Shown: positions 25,602 to 34,986 of the stretch, one piece after another
How positions within the stretch are numbered: position 1 is the stretch's first letter
Layout: the number at the start of each line of letters is the position of its first letter
IMG/VR virus record: IMGVR_UViG_3300020045_001809
Span: 1 to 36,702 of that record
Reading direction: 5' to 3' (one strand)
DNA from: a virus
Lineage: Duplodnaviria > Caudoviricetes
Length of the DNA: 36,702 nt
Program-made: the position numbers and the translations under genes
Notes under the pieces: generated by a model
Databases searched by the model: none
Seen by the model: only the letters and a program-made list of their open reading frames with translations
What the model was told of the DNA's origin: nothing

Positions 25602-28526
25602 ATGGCAGTATCAGGGAACTTTATTGAAGTCATTGGCCTATCCACGGCCGTTGACAATCCGATTTACTACGGTTCGGCCGGGTGTTGTGGGATTGTCAAC
25701 CTAAAAATCCGCATTCTTCCCATTGACGTTTTCCCGTTGATGCCGTTCACATTGAAGGTTGTGACATGGACGGACGGTTGTTCATCCTATGCACCAACCA
25801 TGGTGAATGGGCAACCATGGGCCAATCCATTGACAACCCCGGTGATCATGAATCCCGGTGATGTGGTGGACATTCAATTGGCCATTTGTTCATGTGTCGG
25901 GGTTGGGAATACGTTTGCCGGACAATTGTATTTGGAAGGGGATGACGCCACGGCCACAACATACAATCAAACAACCAACTATACGTTCATTGAACACAAC
26001 ATTGCGTCATTGCCGCCATTCACGGATACATATGTGAACCACTATCCATGTGACGGTGATCCATCATGTCCACCACGTCCGGGATACATTTATTTCACCA
26101 ACCCCACGGTGGCGGATGTGTGGGTGGGCGTGATCATGGGAGCCGGTCCATTGTGCCGGGTGGATGGCGTGGTTGTTCCGACATATACGGCCCCGGGATT
26201 GGGAACATCCTTTTTGGCCAAAGCAGGGCAGACCTATGAAATTGAATCATATCAATGTCCAACGGCCGGGGCGGTGTCATGGTGTATTGATTTTGAAATT
26301 TGCGGGGATCTTTGGTCATCAACATATGGTTGTTGCCTGATCATTGACACCCCGGTGACGTGTGGTCCCTGTGATTTGGCGTGTGTATCATTGGAAATTC
26401 AGGATGCGGATTCAATTTTGGGATCCACGTCCGGATCATGTCCATCCATGGGTGGATATGTGGCGGAACGGGCAATTGGTGAGGAATTGAAATTGCAATG
26501 GACGGTTCAATATGCCAACAACTTTTTTGGCGGTGACATTGATTTCTATTTCAACCCGTGGTTGTATGGTGATGTGTGCAATTTTGCATCAAAATACGGA
26601 TCCGGGATCATTGATTCACCACCCCCGGTGGCGTTCCATTTCAGAATCCAACCGTCCCATGTGGCGGATGGCCTATGTCATGACATGACGTTGATTGGTG
26701 CCGGAATCAATGCATTGAATCAAAAAAATTTCACGGCCACCATTTGTGTTTCAACGGACATGACGGCCGTGATTAACTTCAAATGGTTTGTGATTGCAGA
26801 CATTGACAATTGGTTGGACTCATCCGTGGTTCCAAACCAACCCAAATTGTTGAACAATCACATTTCCGCCCCGGTGCCATTGGTCAACACGGTGATGTCA
26901 GCATTCAACACAAACAAAAACATTTGTTTGTTGGCATACATAAAGGATCCAAAAACGGAAGTTCCTTCCGTGGGTGATCCATCCATCATGGTGCCATATG
27001 AATGTCATCTGATTTCAAACATTGGTTTCACGGCCCGTTTTTACAATGACGGAATCACGGGCGGCCCGGCCGAAATGACCAACCCGGAATTTGAATTTGA
27101 ACGGAACGGGGTGATTGTTCCGGGGTTGTCATCCTATGCCAAAACAAAAGTGACATTCCGCATCACCTACGGACCCCCACCATCCACGGCACAAATCACC
27201 CATTGTTATTTTTGGTTGATTGACGCCAATCAATTCAATGATTTTGTGGATTTCCCGGACAATTATGATTCATCCCGGGCGTTGATCACCACCATCCCGG
27301 GTGTGACCGTGTTGGATAACAAATTGCAATCCCCATCCGTAGGTCCAACCCACATTGGCGGTGGAACCTATGAAATGTCGGCATATATCGGGGGTGGAAT
27401 TTTGGGTGGTGGACAATATTACATCATTGCCGTTCCATATGCACAGGATGAACCAATGGTCAATTCCTTCATTTCAGGTCCCATCCCGGTGACACCGGTT
27501 CCGGGAATTGAAGGGTGTTGTCCACCTGATTTGTCACAAAATATTTGGTGGGATTATTACAATTCATATTCCGGATGTTTCACTCCAACCATGAAGGAAC
27601 GCATCCGGAACACCCTGTTGATTGAACCGGGTGATTTTGGAACGTGTTTGGAAAATTGGGGTTGGGATCCAATGGATTTTGATTGGTTCAATTTCATGAA
27701 GTCCGTCACGTTGAACATTTACAGGCGTGTGACTAATTATCCCACACCATTACAAAACACCTATTTCGTTTTTGATTCCTTCAAATCCATCCGTGACACG
27801 GCCGTGTCCGGGAATTGGATCAATCCACGTCCGGATGAATTTTTAGTGGAAGAATCAGCCGGGGTGAAATTGGATTTGATGTGGAACGGCCGGGTCCGTT
27901 ATGAATCCAACATTCCGGTTCCGCCATCCAATGTGTTTGTTGCCGGTGTGTCCACCCCAATGAACCGTGTTCCGGCCGGTGGAGCCGCCCCGGCATACAT
28001 CACGGCCAACAATGCAAATTTTGATTGGGCCAATACGGACATTTATTTTGAATATGTGGTTGAATTTGATCTGTCATTTCTTTTTGGCGGAAACCCATGT
28101 GTGTTCAATCAGGTGTTCATTAACCGGATCAAACCAATTGATTTTGAAACCACCCCAAACCCATATGGACAATTGTTTGAACCACTATTGGTGGAAGGGG
28201 TGAAGGGTGTGACCAAAACCGAAATCACCGGCCAATTTTGTCCAAATGATTATGACTATTTGTTGGTGACCATGGAATCATTGGCCGCCATGGATGGACG
28301 TGTTTATGCATTTTTGGATCCGTATCCATATGGGGTGGCCAACCTGATTGAAAAGGACCCAACCACATCACCATCCGGGTTCACACAATTGGGATTGGCA
28401 TTGGGATACATTTATGCACAGGACGCCACCCATGTCGGAACAAAATCTGAATGGAAATTAGACATCAATTCCATTCCGCCCGGGAAATACCAACTTTGCA
28501 CATTGTTTTTAGACAAAAAACCGTAA
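25602..28526 (+). CDS. Large Cys-rich tail protein (putative receptor-binding/baseplate)
   Basis: 974 aa, beta-rich, acidic, 30 Cys, tail module. Confidence 0.6.
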   Translation: MAVSGNFIEVIGLSTAVDNPIYYGSAGCCGIVNLKIRILPIDVFPLMPFTLKVVTWTDGCSSYAPTMVNGQPWANPLTTPVIMNPGDVVDIQLAICSCVGVGNTFAGQLYLEGDDATATTYNQTTNYTFIEHNIASLPPFTDTYVNHYPCDGDPSCPPRPGYIYFTNPTVADVWVGVIMGAGPLCRVDGVVVPTYTAPGLGTSFLAKAGQTYEIESYQCPTAGAVSWCIDFEICGDLWSSTYGCCLIIDTPVTCGPCDLACVSLEIQDADSILGSTSGSCPSMGGYVAERAIGEELKLQWTVQYANNFFGGDIDFYFNPWLYGDVCNFASKYGSGIIDSPPPVAFHFRIQPSHVADGLCHDMTLIGAGINALNQKNFTATICVSTDMTAVINFKWFVIADIDNWLDSSVVPNQPKLLNNHISAPVPLVNTVMSAFNTNKNICLLAYIKDPKTEVPSVGDPSIMVPYECHLISNIGFTARFYNDGITGGPAEMTNPEFEFERNGVIVPGLSSYAKTKVTFRITYGPPPSTAQITHCYFWLIDANQFNDFVDFPDNYDSSRALITTIPGVTVLDNKLQSPSVGPTHIGGGTYEMSAYIGGGILGGGQYYIIAVPYAQDEPMVNSFISGPIPVTPVPGIEGCCPPDLSQNIWWDYYNSYSGCFTPTMKERIRNTLLIEPGDFGTCLENWGWDPMDFDWFNFMKSVTLNIYRRVTNYPTPLQNTYFVFDSFKSIRDTAVSGNWINPRPDEFLVEESAGVKLDLMWNGRVRYESNIPVPPSNVFVAGVSTPMNRVPAGGAAPAYITANNANFDWANTDIYFEYVVEFDLSFLFGGNPCVFNQVFINRIKPIDFETTPNPYGQLFEPLLVEGVKGVTKTEITGQFCPNDYDYLLVTMESLAAMDGRVYAFLDPYPYGVANLIEKDPTTSPSGFTQLGLALGYIYAQDATHVGTKSEWKLDINSIPPGKYQLCTLFLDKKP

Positions 28527-28529
28527 TCC

Positions 28530-29585
28530 ATGGGACTATATTTCACATCATACACCACCGGGTTCACCACATATTGTGATCAATCACCCAATTGTGAATT
28601 GACGGATTCATTGTCCCGGATTGCCTGTCAACAAATTGAAATGTTGGATTGTGGGGATGGGCCATGTGACAAATTGATCATCAACAACGGGTTGTTGCTT
28701 TGTGATTGTGAAGATTCCACCAATTGCAACCCCTGTTTCAATGACCGGGCGTTTTGGAACGTAATCAACCCAACGGATACATTGACATTTCAATTCCAAC
28801 AAATTGACATGGTGAACGGTCAAAATCCGGCCGGACCATTTGGTTTTTGGGGAACGGAGCAATTTGCCAACGGATACATCCGGGATTGTTGTACGGGTGA
28901 ATATTTGGGTGGGGCGGAAAACCCGTCAACCATTGTTTTCTATTCCGGTTCGGCCGGGGTTGGTGTGTTCCCCGTCCGTGATTACAAAGGTGACATCACA
29001 TGGAAAAACATCCAACAAATACAGGTTTTTCCGGAATTTTTTATCCCGGAAATGGAAGCGCAATTCCCAAATTGGGACGGGTGTTTTGTTTTTGAATGGG
29101 TGTTTAATGAGGGAACAGATGATGAATATCGGGTTTGTTCAGAGCCATACAAGGTGAACCCATGTCCGGACAAAAATGACACCGTGATGTTGGAAGGCCA
29201 ATTCCCAAATTTGGATTGTTTCGGGTATTATTACGGGGATGAAGCGGTGGGAAATTCCATGGCAAATTTCCCGTTTGTCAACCAATACCGTGTGTATGGA
29301 TCCATGGAACAAACGTCATTTGGCATTGAAAAACAATTTGTGGGGACATACATGAAAACCGTTTCAAGTGATGTGACGGAAAATTGGTTGTTCCGGACAA
29401 TTGGTGTTCCATCCCCTGTGGCCAAATTGATCACCAACATTTTGGCGGCCGAAACCGTCATTGTGGACGGGGTTGAAATGGTGGCGGATGGTGAAGTGCC
29501 AAAGAACAATGAAACGGGTTCACAATGGTTCATTGATGCCGTGATGAAACGTGTGGATTGCTCAAAAACCTATTCATGTCAATAA
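28530..29585 (+). CDS. Cys-rich tail protein (distal-tail-like candidate)
   Basis: 351 aa, 17 Cys, tail module. Confidence 0.5.
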   Translation: MGLYFTSYTTGFTTYCDQSPNCELTDSLSRIACQQIEMLDCGDGPCDKLIINNGLLLCDCEDSTNCNPCFNDRAFWNVINPTDTLTFQFQQIDMVNGQNPAGPFGFWGTEQFANGYIRDCCTGEYLGGAENPSTIVFYSGSAGVGVFPVRDYKGDITWKNIQQIQVFPEFFIPEMEAQFPNWDGCFVFEWVFNEGTDDEYRVCSEPYKVNPCPDKNDTVMLEGQFPNLDCFGYYYGDEAVGNSMANFPFVNQYRVYGSMEQTSFGIEKQFVGTYMKTVSSDVTENWLFRTIGVPSPVAKLITNILAAETVIVDGVEMVADGEVPKNNETGSQWFIDAVMKRVDCSKTYSCQ

Positions 29586-29598
29586 ACAGGAAAACGAA

Positions 29599-31518
29599 AT
29601 GAAAATAGTTGAAATCAACCAATATTTGAAGGATCTTCCGGAACCCAAAAAAAAGGAAAAATGGGTGGAGGTCCGGGATGAAATGATTGTCCACACCCGT
29701 GGGGCAACCCCCGGGGACATCCTTTTGAAAAGGCGTCCCAATGAAGATCCGGAAGTTCAAAAATATCGGTTGGAAATTTATGAACCCATCACAAAAGGGT
29801 CCATGAACCGGGCCATTGATAAATTGTTCCGGATATTTCAATCCGCCAACTTTTCCATCAAGGTGTCCGGGCAATTGTCGGAATATTTGGACAAACAAAA
29901 ATTTTCCAACCAATATTTCTATTCCTACATACAAAAATTTGTTGTCAGGCGGATGATTGAAGATCCCAACGGGTTTTTGGCGTGGATCCCATCCGGCCCG
30001 GGCGTGGAAGATTCCACCAAAAAGGTGGATGTCACCCCGGTGTTGATTGAATCCGGGAAGGTCCGGTTTTTGACGGAAGATTCCATCACATGGTTGGATC
30101 CGGATCAAAAATCAATGATCCGTAAAAACGGGAAATTAGTGGAGGAAGGGGATGTTTATTTCACATTGACAACCACCGGGTTTTTCCGCCATAATCAGGA
30201 AGGGGACACCATCAAAAAACGGTTTGTGTTGGTTCCCATCTATGAACACAACATGAATCAGGTCCCGGCCATGGTGTTGGGTGGTGATCAAACCGATGAT
30301 GGATATTTTGAAAGCTATTTTTCTTCATTCCTTCCGTTTGCAAATGAAGCCATCCGCCAATATTCCGATTGGCAAGGCGTAATGACAACAACGTGTTTCC
30401 CTTACCGTGAAGAAGTGGCGGAAACGTGTTCCGCCCCGGGATGTCGTGACGGATATTGTTATGACGCCAAAAAGGATGAAAATTTCCCTTGTAAGGAATG
30501 TAAAGGAATGGGCCGGATCATTGTCCGTTCACCGTTTGGTGTGTTTTTGCGTGAAAAAGGTGGTGGCGTTTTGGATCCACAGGGCGGATCCGGTGGTGAC
30601 GTTCCAATGTTGCGGTTCATTTCCCCACCGGTTGACGTGATCAGGGAATCCCGTGAGGCGTGGGAATTATTATTGGACAAAGCGGAACGGGCATTGTGTT
30701 TGGACAACGTGGAGGAAGCACAATCCGGGGTGGCCAAAAAAATTGACCGTGAGGATGGTGACATGGTATTGACAAAGGTTTCCAACAACGTGTTTGATGA
30801 AATCATTTTCAAATCCCTGTTGTTCATTGAAAAATACAGGAACGTGACGGACCCAATGGATCCAATCATTGTGAAACCAATTTCGTTTTCATCCAAAACG
30901 GAAGATGATTTGATTGATGAACTGAACAAATTGACGGACAAAAACGCCCCAATTTCGTTTTTGGTGGAAGCCACAAAGGATTTGGCCAAAAAACGGTTTT
31001 CATCCAACAAAGCCATTGCCCGGATGGTGGAAATTTTGGTTTCATATGACCCGATATATCACGTCACCAAAAAGGATCAACAATTGATGTTGGCGTCCGG
31101 CATCATCAAAAAGGATGTCCTAATCCGTTCCGTATATGCCTACAAAGCATTGATGACATTGGTGTCCAAAAACGGTTCCGAATATTTGGAAAAGGAAATG
31201 GAAACCATCTTCATGGATTTGGACAAAGCCATTCAACCGGAAGTGGATAAAATAATGAACCAACCATTGGTTTCATTGGGTGGCACCCCGGCCGGTGGTG
31301 GCGGAAACGGTGAATTTGTGGATGAGGAATTGAAGGCCAAAGCTAATTTAAAGGGATCTGTTGGTGGTGTTCAGGGGATAATTGCCATCCAACAAAGTGT
31401 GGCCCGGGGATTCACGTCCCGGAATGCGGCCGTTGAACTTTTGATGGAAATTTATGGGTTTTCCCGTGAAGTGTCTGAAAAAATGATTGGGGATCCAATT
31501 GACGCCCCGGTGGAATAA
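29599..31518 (+). CDS. Portal protein with zinc-finger-like insertion
   Basis: Size, AQSGVAKKIDR (SPP1-type portal SGxAK motif), upstream of MuF and scaffold. Confidence 0.85.
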   Translation: MKIVEINQYLKDLPEPKKKEKWVEVRDEMIVHTRGATPGDILLKRRPNEDPEVQKYRLEIYEPITKGSMNRAIDKLFRIFQSANFSIKVSGQLSEYLDKQKFSNQYFYSYIQKFVVRRMIEDPNGFLAWIPSGPGVEDSTKKVDVTPVLIESGKVRFLTEDSITWLDPDQKSMIRKNGKLVEEGDVYFTLTTTGFFRHNQEGDTIKKRFVLVPIYEHNMNQVPAMVLGGDQTDDGYFESYFSSFLPFANEAIRQYSDWQGVMTTTCFPYREEVAETCSAPGCRDGYCYDAKKDENFPCKECKGMGRIIVRSPFGVFLREKGGGVLDPQGGSGGDVPMLRFISPPVDVIRESREAWELLLDKAERALCLDNVEEAQSGVAKKIDREDGDMVLTKVSNNVFDEIIFKSLLFIEKYRNVTDPMDPIIVKPISFSSKTEDDLIDELNKLTDKNAPISFLVEATKDLAKKRFSSNKAIARMVEILVSYDPIYHVTKKDQQLMLASGIIKKDVLIRSVYAYKALMTLVSKNGSEYLEKEMETIFMDLDKAIQPEVDKIMNQPLVSLGGTPAGGGGNGEFVDEELKAKANLKGSVGGVQGIIAIQQSVARGFTSRNAAVELLMEIYGFSREVSEKMIGDPIDAPVE

Positions 31519-31521
31519 AGC

Positions 31522-33201
31522 ATGGCGGAACCAACTGTTTTTTCCAAAAACATCAACACCCTGTTGGATGAAAAATCCAAAGGGATTTCCACGGCCGAAA
31601 AAAAGTTCATGGCCGGATGGGATGGAATTGAAAAACACATTTTCAAACGGGTGAAGGAATATTCCCTGAAATTGGGAACCACGGGCGGTGTGTTGGATTT
31701 TGATCCGTCCAACGTAGAACACGTCAACGGGTTGTCAAAAGTGATTTTGGACGCCATTGATACATCCGAATATCCCGAAAAGGTGAAGGATTACATCCGG
31801 GATTTTGATGTGATTAAAAAAACCAACATGGAAATCCACGGGGATGTGAACGGGTTGTCAAAAAAGGAATTGGAAAAAGCCATCAACCCGGTTCAACAAC
31901 AAATGGTGGATCAAACCATCACCGGGTTGACCGGTTCCGGGATTGACACGGAATTCATCCAACCCATGAAAGAAGGCATCATGAAAAACATTGTTGCCGG
32001 TGCAACCATGGCGGATTTGGAAAAGGTCATTGAAGGCTTCATCATTTCCAACCCGGCCCGGTTGGGACGGTTGACCAACTATTCCCAACAAATTGCCCGG
32101 GATACATTGAACCAATTTGATGGCCAAATTAATTCACGGATTGCCACGGAATTTGGCCTGAATGCCTACCGTTACGTGGGAAGCCTGATTGATGATTCCC
32201 GTCCCCAATGCATCCGGTGGGTGAGAAAAGAGGTGTTGACCAAAGATGAATTGGAGGCGGAAATTAATTGGGCCAACAATAACGGTTCAGGAATGATCCC
32301 GGGAACCAACCCTGAAAATTTCGGAACATTCCGGGGTGGTTACAATTGCCGCCATGCCGCCATCCCGTTCAAATTGACCAAATCCCAATTGGAAGAATTG
32401 GGGAAAAGGGAGCCGGATCCACCAAAACCACCGGATCCACCAAAGGATGAATATGACATTGGATTAACTGAATCACAAAAGGATTTAAATTTGACATTTG
32501 GACAATCCGCAAAAGTTCCGGACAATTTGAAATATTTGAATTTGCCGGATCAATTGTTTGAATTGTCGGACAATGGTTCCGCAAATATTGGGGCGGCCGG
32601 TTCCCATTACGACCCATTCACAAAAAAAGTGGAATTGGGATTGAATTCACAAAGGGCCAAAGCCGGGCCAACTTATTCACCACGTGTGACCATCCATGAA
32701 TATGCACACCGGACACATTTCAATGAAAAGTGGTTCACATTGGTAATGGATGAAGCGGATCCCGGACACATGAAATCATTTGAAGATTCTGTCAATTTGT
32801 TCAACAAAAAATTTTCAACCCGGGCATCAAAAAAGGCGGCCGGGGTGGATGCCGTGACCATGGCGGATGTTGCCAAAAATTTTGACATTTCAATGTTGTT
32901 GGACAAATACAAAGGGAAAATCCCCGGGGCTAATGAACGGGATGTTGTTGAACTTATTGTTGCCTATTTGGACACAATTGAGGCATTGAGCCGGGGGAAA
33001 TATGGAATGGGCCATGGCAAAAAGTATTTCACACAACGTGCCGGGGCGTTCCGGCCAATGGAATGGTTTGCCCATGCATCTGAAAATTATTGGTTCGGAA
33101 ATATTGTTTTCAAAACTGAATTCCCTGAACTTTATGATCAAATGATGGATTACTACAAAAACAGGGTTGTGAATGAAAAATTGTCAAAATTCAAAAAATG
33201 A
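31522..33201 (+). CDS. MuF/SPP1 gp7-like minor head protein with C-terminal HExxH metallopeptidase domain
   Basis: YRYVGSLIDDSRPQC..RGGYNCRH MuF motifs; Pro linker; IHEYAH..EWFA..FPELY. Confidence 0.8.
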   Translation: MAEPTVFSKNINTLLDEKSKGISTAEKKFMAGWDGIEKHIFKRVKEYSLKLGTTGGVLDFDPSNVEHVNGLSKVILDAIDTSEYPEKVKDYIRDFDVIKKTNMEIHGDVNGLSKKELEKAINPVQQQMVDQTITGLTGSGIDTEFIQPMKEGIMKNIVAGATMADLEKVIEGFIISNPARLGRLTNYSQQIARDTLNQFDGQINSRIATEFGLNAYRYVGSLIDDSRPQCIRWVRKEVLTKDELEAEINWANNNGSGMIPGTNPENFGTFRGGYNCRHAAIPFKLTKSQLEELGKREPDPPKPPDPPKDEYDIGLTESQKDLNLTFGQSAKVPDNLKYLNLPDQLFELSDNGSANIGAAGSHYDPFTKKVELGLNSQRAKAGPTYSPRVTIHEYAHRTHFNEKWFTLVMDEADPGHMKSFEDSVNLFNKKFSTRASKKAAGVDAVTMADVAKNFDISMLLDKYKGKIPGANERDVVELIVAYLDTIEALSRGKYGMGHGKKYFTQRAGAFRPMEWFAHASENYWFGNIVFKTEFPELYDQMMDYYKNRVVNEKLSKFKK

Positions 33202-33401
33202 AAAAATTACAAATCCTTTTGGGTGAATATATGATGGCCAATCCACAGGCGGAAAATCCAATGTCATTTTTGGAAGTGTTTGGGATTGATGGATTGATTG
33301 AGATTTTGGAAAAAGCCAAAAACCGGTTGGTGACATTTGAAACGGGCGATGATTTGACGGATGTGATCACACCATTGATTGACGGCCGGAAATTCGTTTG
33401 A
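33198..33401 (+). CDS. Small acidic protein, candidate immunity protein for the MuF toxin domain
   Basis: 67 aa, ATGA-coupled to MuF; role is inference. Confidence 0.5.
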   Translation: MKKLQILLGEYMMANPQAENPMSFLEVFGIDGLIEILEKAKNRLVTFETGDDLTDVITPLIDGRKFV

Positions 33402-33448
33402 TTTTCGTTTCAAAACCCGAAATCATTACATTTGGGAAAAATTACACC

Positions 33449-33826
33449 ATGTCGGAAAAAATAAAAGTCCAAAACCTGAAAACCGGGCAAATCAAAATGA
33501 TGACCCCGGCCGCCATCAACCAATTGAAATCATCCGGGTTGTTTGGCCATTTTGAAATCATTCAGGACATCAAAATCCCATCAACGGGTGTTCCACCCGA
33601 TGGTGATCAAATCCCCGTTCCCGTGGATGAAAACCCGGTTGGGACGCCAATTGATCCATTGCCGGTTGAACTGAATCCTGTGGATGAAAAACCGGAACCA
33701 TTGATGGCCGTTGAACTGAACATGGACGTGGTGGATGACATCCCGGATTCAGATCCGGAACCAAAACGGGGTGATCAGGATGGAACGGAACCAAAAAAGC
33801 CAACAACAAAATCCAATAAAAAATGA
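33449..33826 (+). CDS. Hypothetical protein, Pro/Asp-rich C-terminus
   Basis: ATG 33449, preceded by TACATTTG box at 33427-33434; ATGA-coupled to scaffold. Confidence 0.7.
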   Translation: MSEKIKVQNLKTGQIKMMTPAAINQLKSSGLFGHFEIIQDIKIPSTGVPPDGDQIPVPVDENPVGTPIDPLPVELNPVDEKPEPLMAVELNMDVVDDIPDSDPEPKRGDQDGTEPKKPTTKSNKK

Positions 33827-34662
33827 AAAACATTGAATCCCTATTGAAAAAAATTGGGTTCAAATCATCCGACATCACCAAATTGATGGGAACGGATGAA
33901 TTGGATCAGGCGGCCATTGATGCCATGGCGGAATCATTTCAAGCCACCACCCGGGAAGCCATCCAAAATGACCCGGATTTCATTGACGCCATCAAAGCAC
34001 CTTTGACGGCAAAGGAACGGGCAACCATTGAAGGGAAAATCAAAAAAACATTTGGTTTGACGTCCGATGAAATGAAGGACAAAAAGATGGATGAAATCAT
34101 GGAATTGGCCGTCAACAAAATCAAATCCCAACACACCGGAACGGCCGATGAATTACAAGCCAAATTGCAGGAATTGGCCCGTGAAAACAAACGGTTGTTG
34201 GAGGAAGTAATACCGGCAAAGGAAAATGAAGCCACCGGAAAAATCAAATCATTCAAAAAGGATTTGAAGATCCGTGAAAAATTATCATCCCGGAAAAATG
34301 CGGATGGGACGTCATCATTTTTGGTGGATCCTTCCGTTTTCCTTCCGGCATTGAACGCCAATTTGGACCGTGATTTTACCATTGATTTGGATGACAAAGA
34401 TGAATTCATCATCAAAACCAAAGATGGTTTGAACCCATTGTCACCGGACAAAACAAAGGTGTTGACCTTTGATGAAATTTTGGATTCACAATTGGTGTCC
34501 ATGAATGTGATGAAACAATCCAACGGGAAGCCGGTGACGCCACCATCACCAAACACAATGTTCACCCCGGATGCCGGTGGAACAAAATTCAATCTTCCGG
34601 GATTGGAACGGGCCAAAGCCAACGAAACGGACATGGCAAAAATCCGGACGTTTGGCAATTGA
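33823..34662 (+). CDS. Capsid scaffolding protein
   Basis: Charged helical protein directly upstream of major capsid gene. Confidence 0.75.
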   Translation: MKNIESLLKKIGFKSSDITKLMGTDELDQAAIDAMAESFQATTREAIQNDPDFIDAIKAPLTAKERATIEGKIKKTFGLTSDEMKDKKMDEIMELAVNKIKSQHTGTADELQAKLQELARENKRLLEEVIPAKENEATGKIKSFKKDLKIREKLSSRKNADGTSSFLVDPSVFLPALNANLDRDFTIDLDDKDEFIIKTKDGLNPLSPDKTKVLTFDEILDSQLVSMNVMKQSNGKPVTPPSPNTMFTPDAGGTKFNLPGLERAKANETDMAKIRTFGN

Positions 34663-34702
34663 CAAATTGTTCCCCTTATTCATGAGGGAAACAAATTGAA
34701 CC

Positions 34703-34738
34703 AACCCCGGCCATTGATTTGGTTGGGGTTTCGTTTTT
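34703..34738 (+). terminator. Intrinsic terminator after scaffold gene
   Basis: AACCCCGGCCA-TTGATT-TGGTTGGGGTT then TCGTTTTT; a second hairpin lies at 34667-34694. Confidence 0.7.
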
Positions 34739-34763
34739 GAAGGCGAAAAAATATTATCCGCAT

Positions 34764-34796
34764 TTTGGACATTTCCAAAAAATGGATTTATATTTG
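34764..34796 (+). promoter_or_regulatory. Bacteroidota sigma-A promoter for major capsid gene
   Basis: TTTG (34764-34767) N21 TATATTTG (34789-34796). Confidence 0.75.
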
Positions 34797-34799
34797 GAT

Positions 34800-34940
34800 C
34801 CGGGTGTGGTTCACCTTAAAAACCAAAACCGGGATTGATCATCCGAAATGATCACCGGGGATGCCGACCCAAAAAACGGAAATCACACCATGGCATCCAT
34901 GGCCTGATTCTGATTTTTGGGTTTTGCGTTTTAATCCGGG
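34800..34940 (+). ncRNA. Candidate structured 5' leader of major capsid mRNA
   Basis: Two small pseudoknot-like units plus alternative hairpins in a roughly 185-nt leader. Confidence 0.45.
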
Positions 34941-34986
34941 AACAAACAAAATCATTCAACAAAAACAAACCAAAAACCAAAAAAAA

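Noticed and set aside
34800-34830. preQ1-like riboswitch
   Set aside because: The resemblance is superficial (small stem plus A-rich tail); the stem/loop geometry does not match and no queuosine genes are present.
34861-34986. 42-aa N-terminal extension of the capsid ORF
   Set aside because: It runs through structured and A/C-rich leader sequence; ATG 34987 has the typical initiation context.
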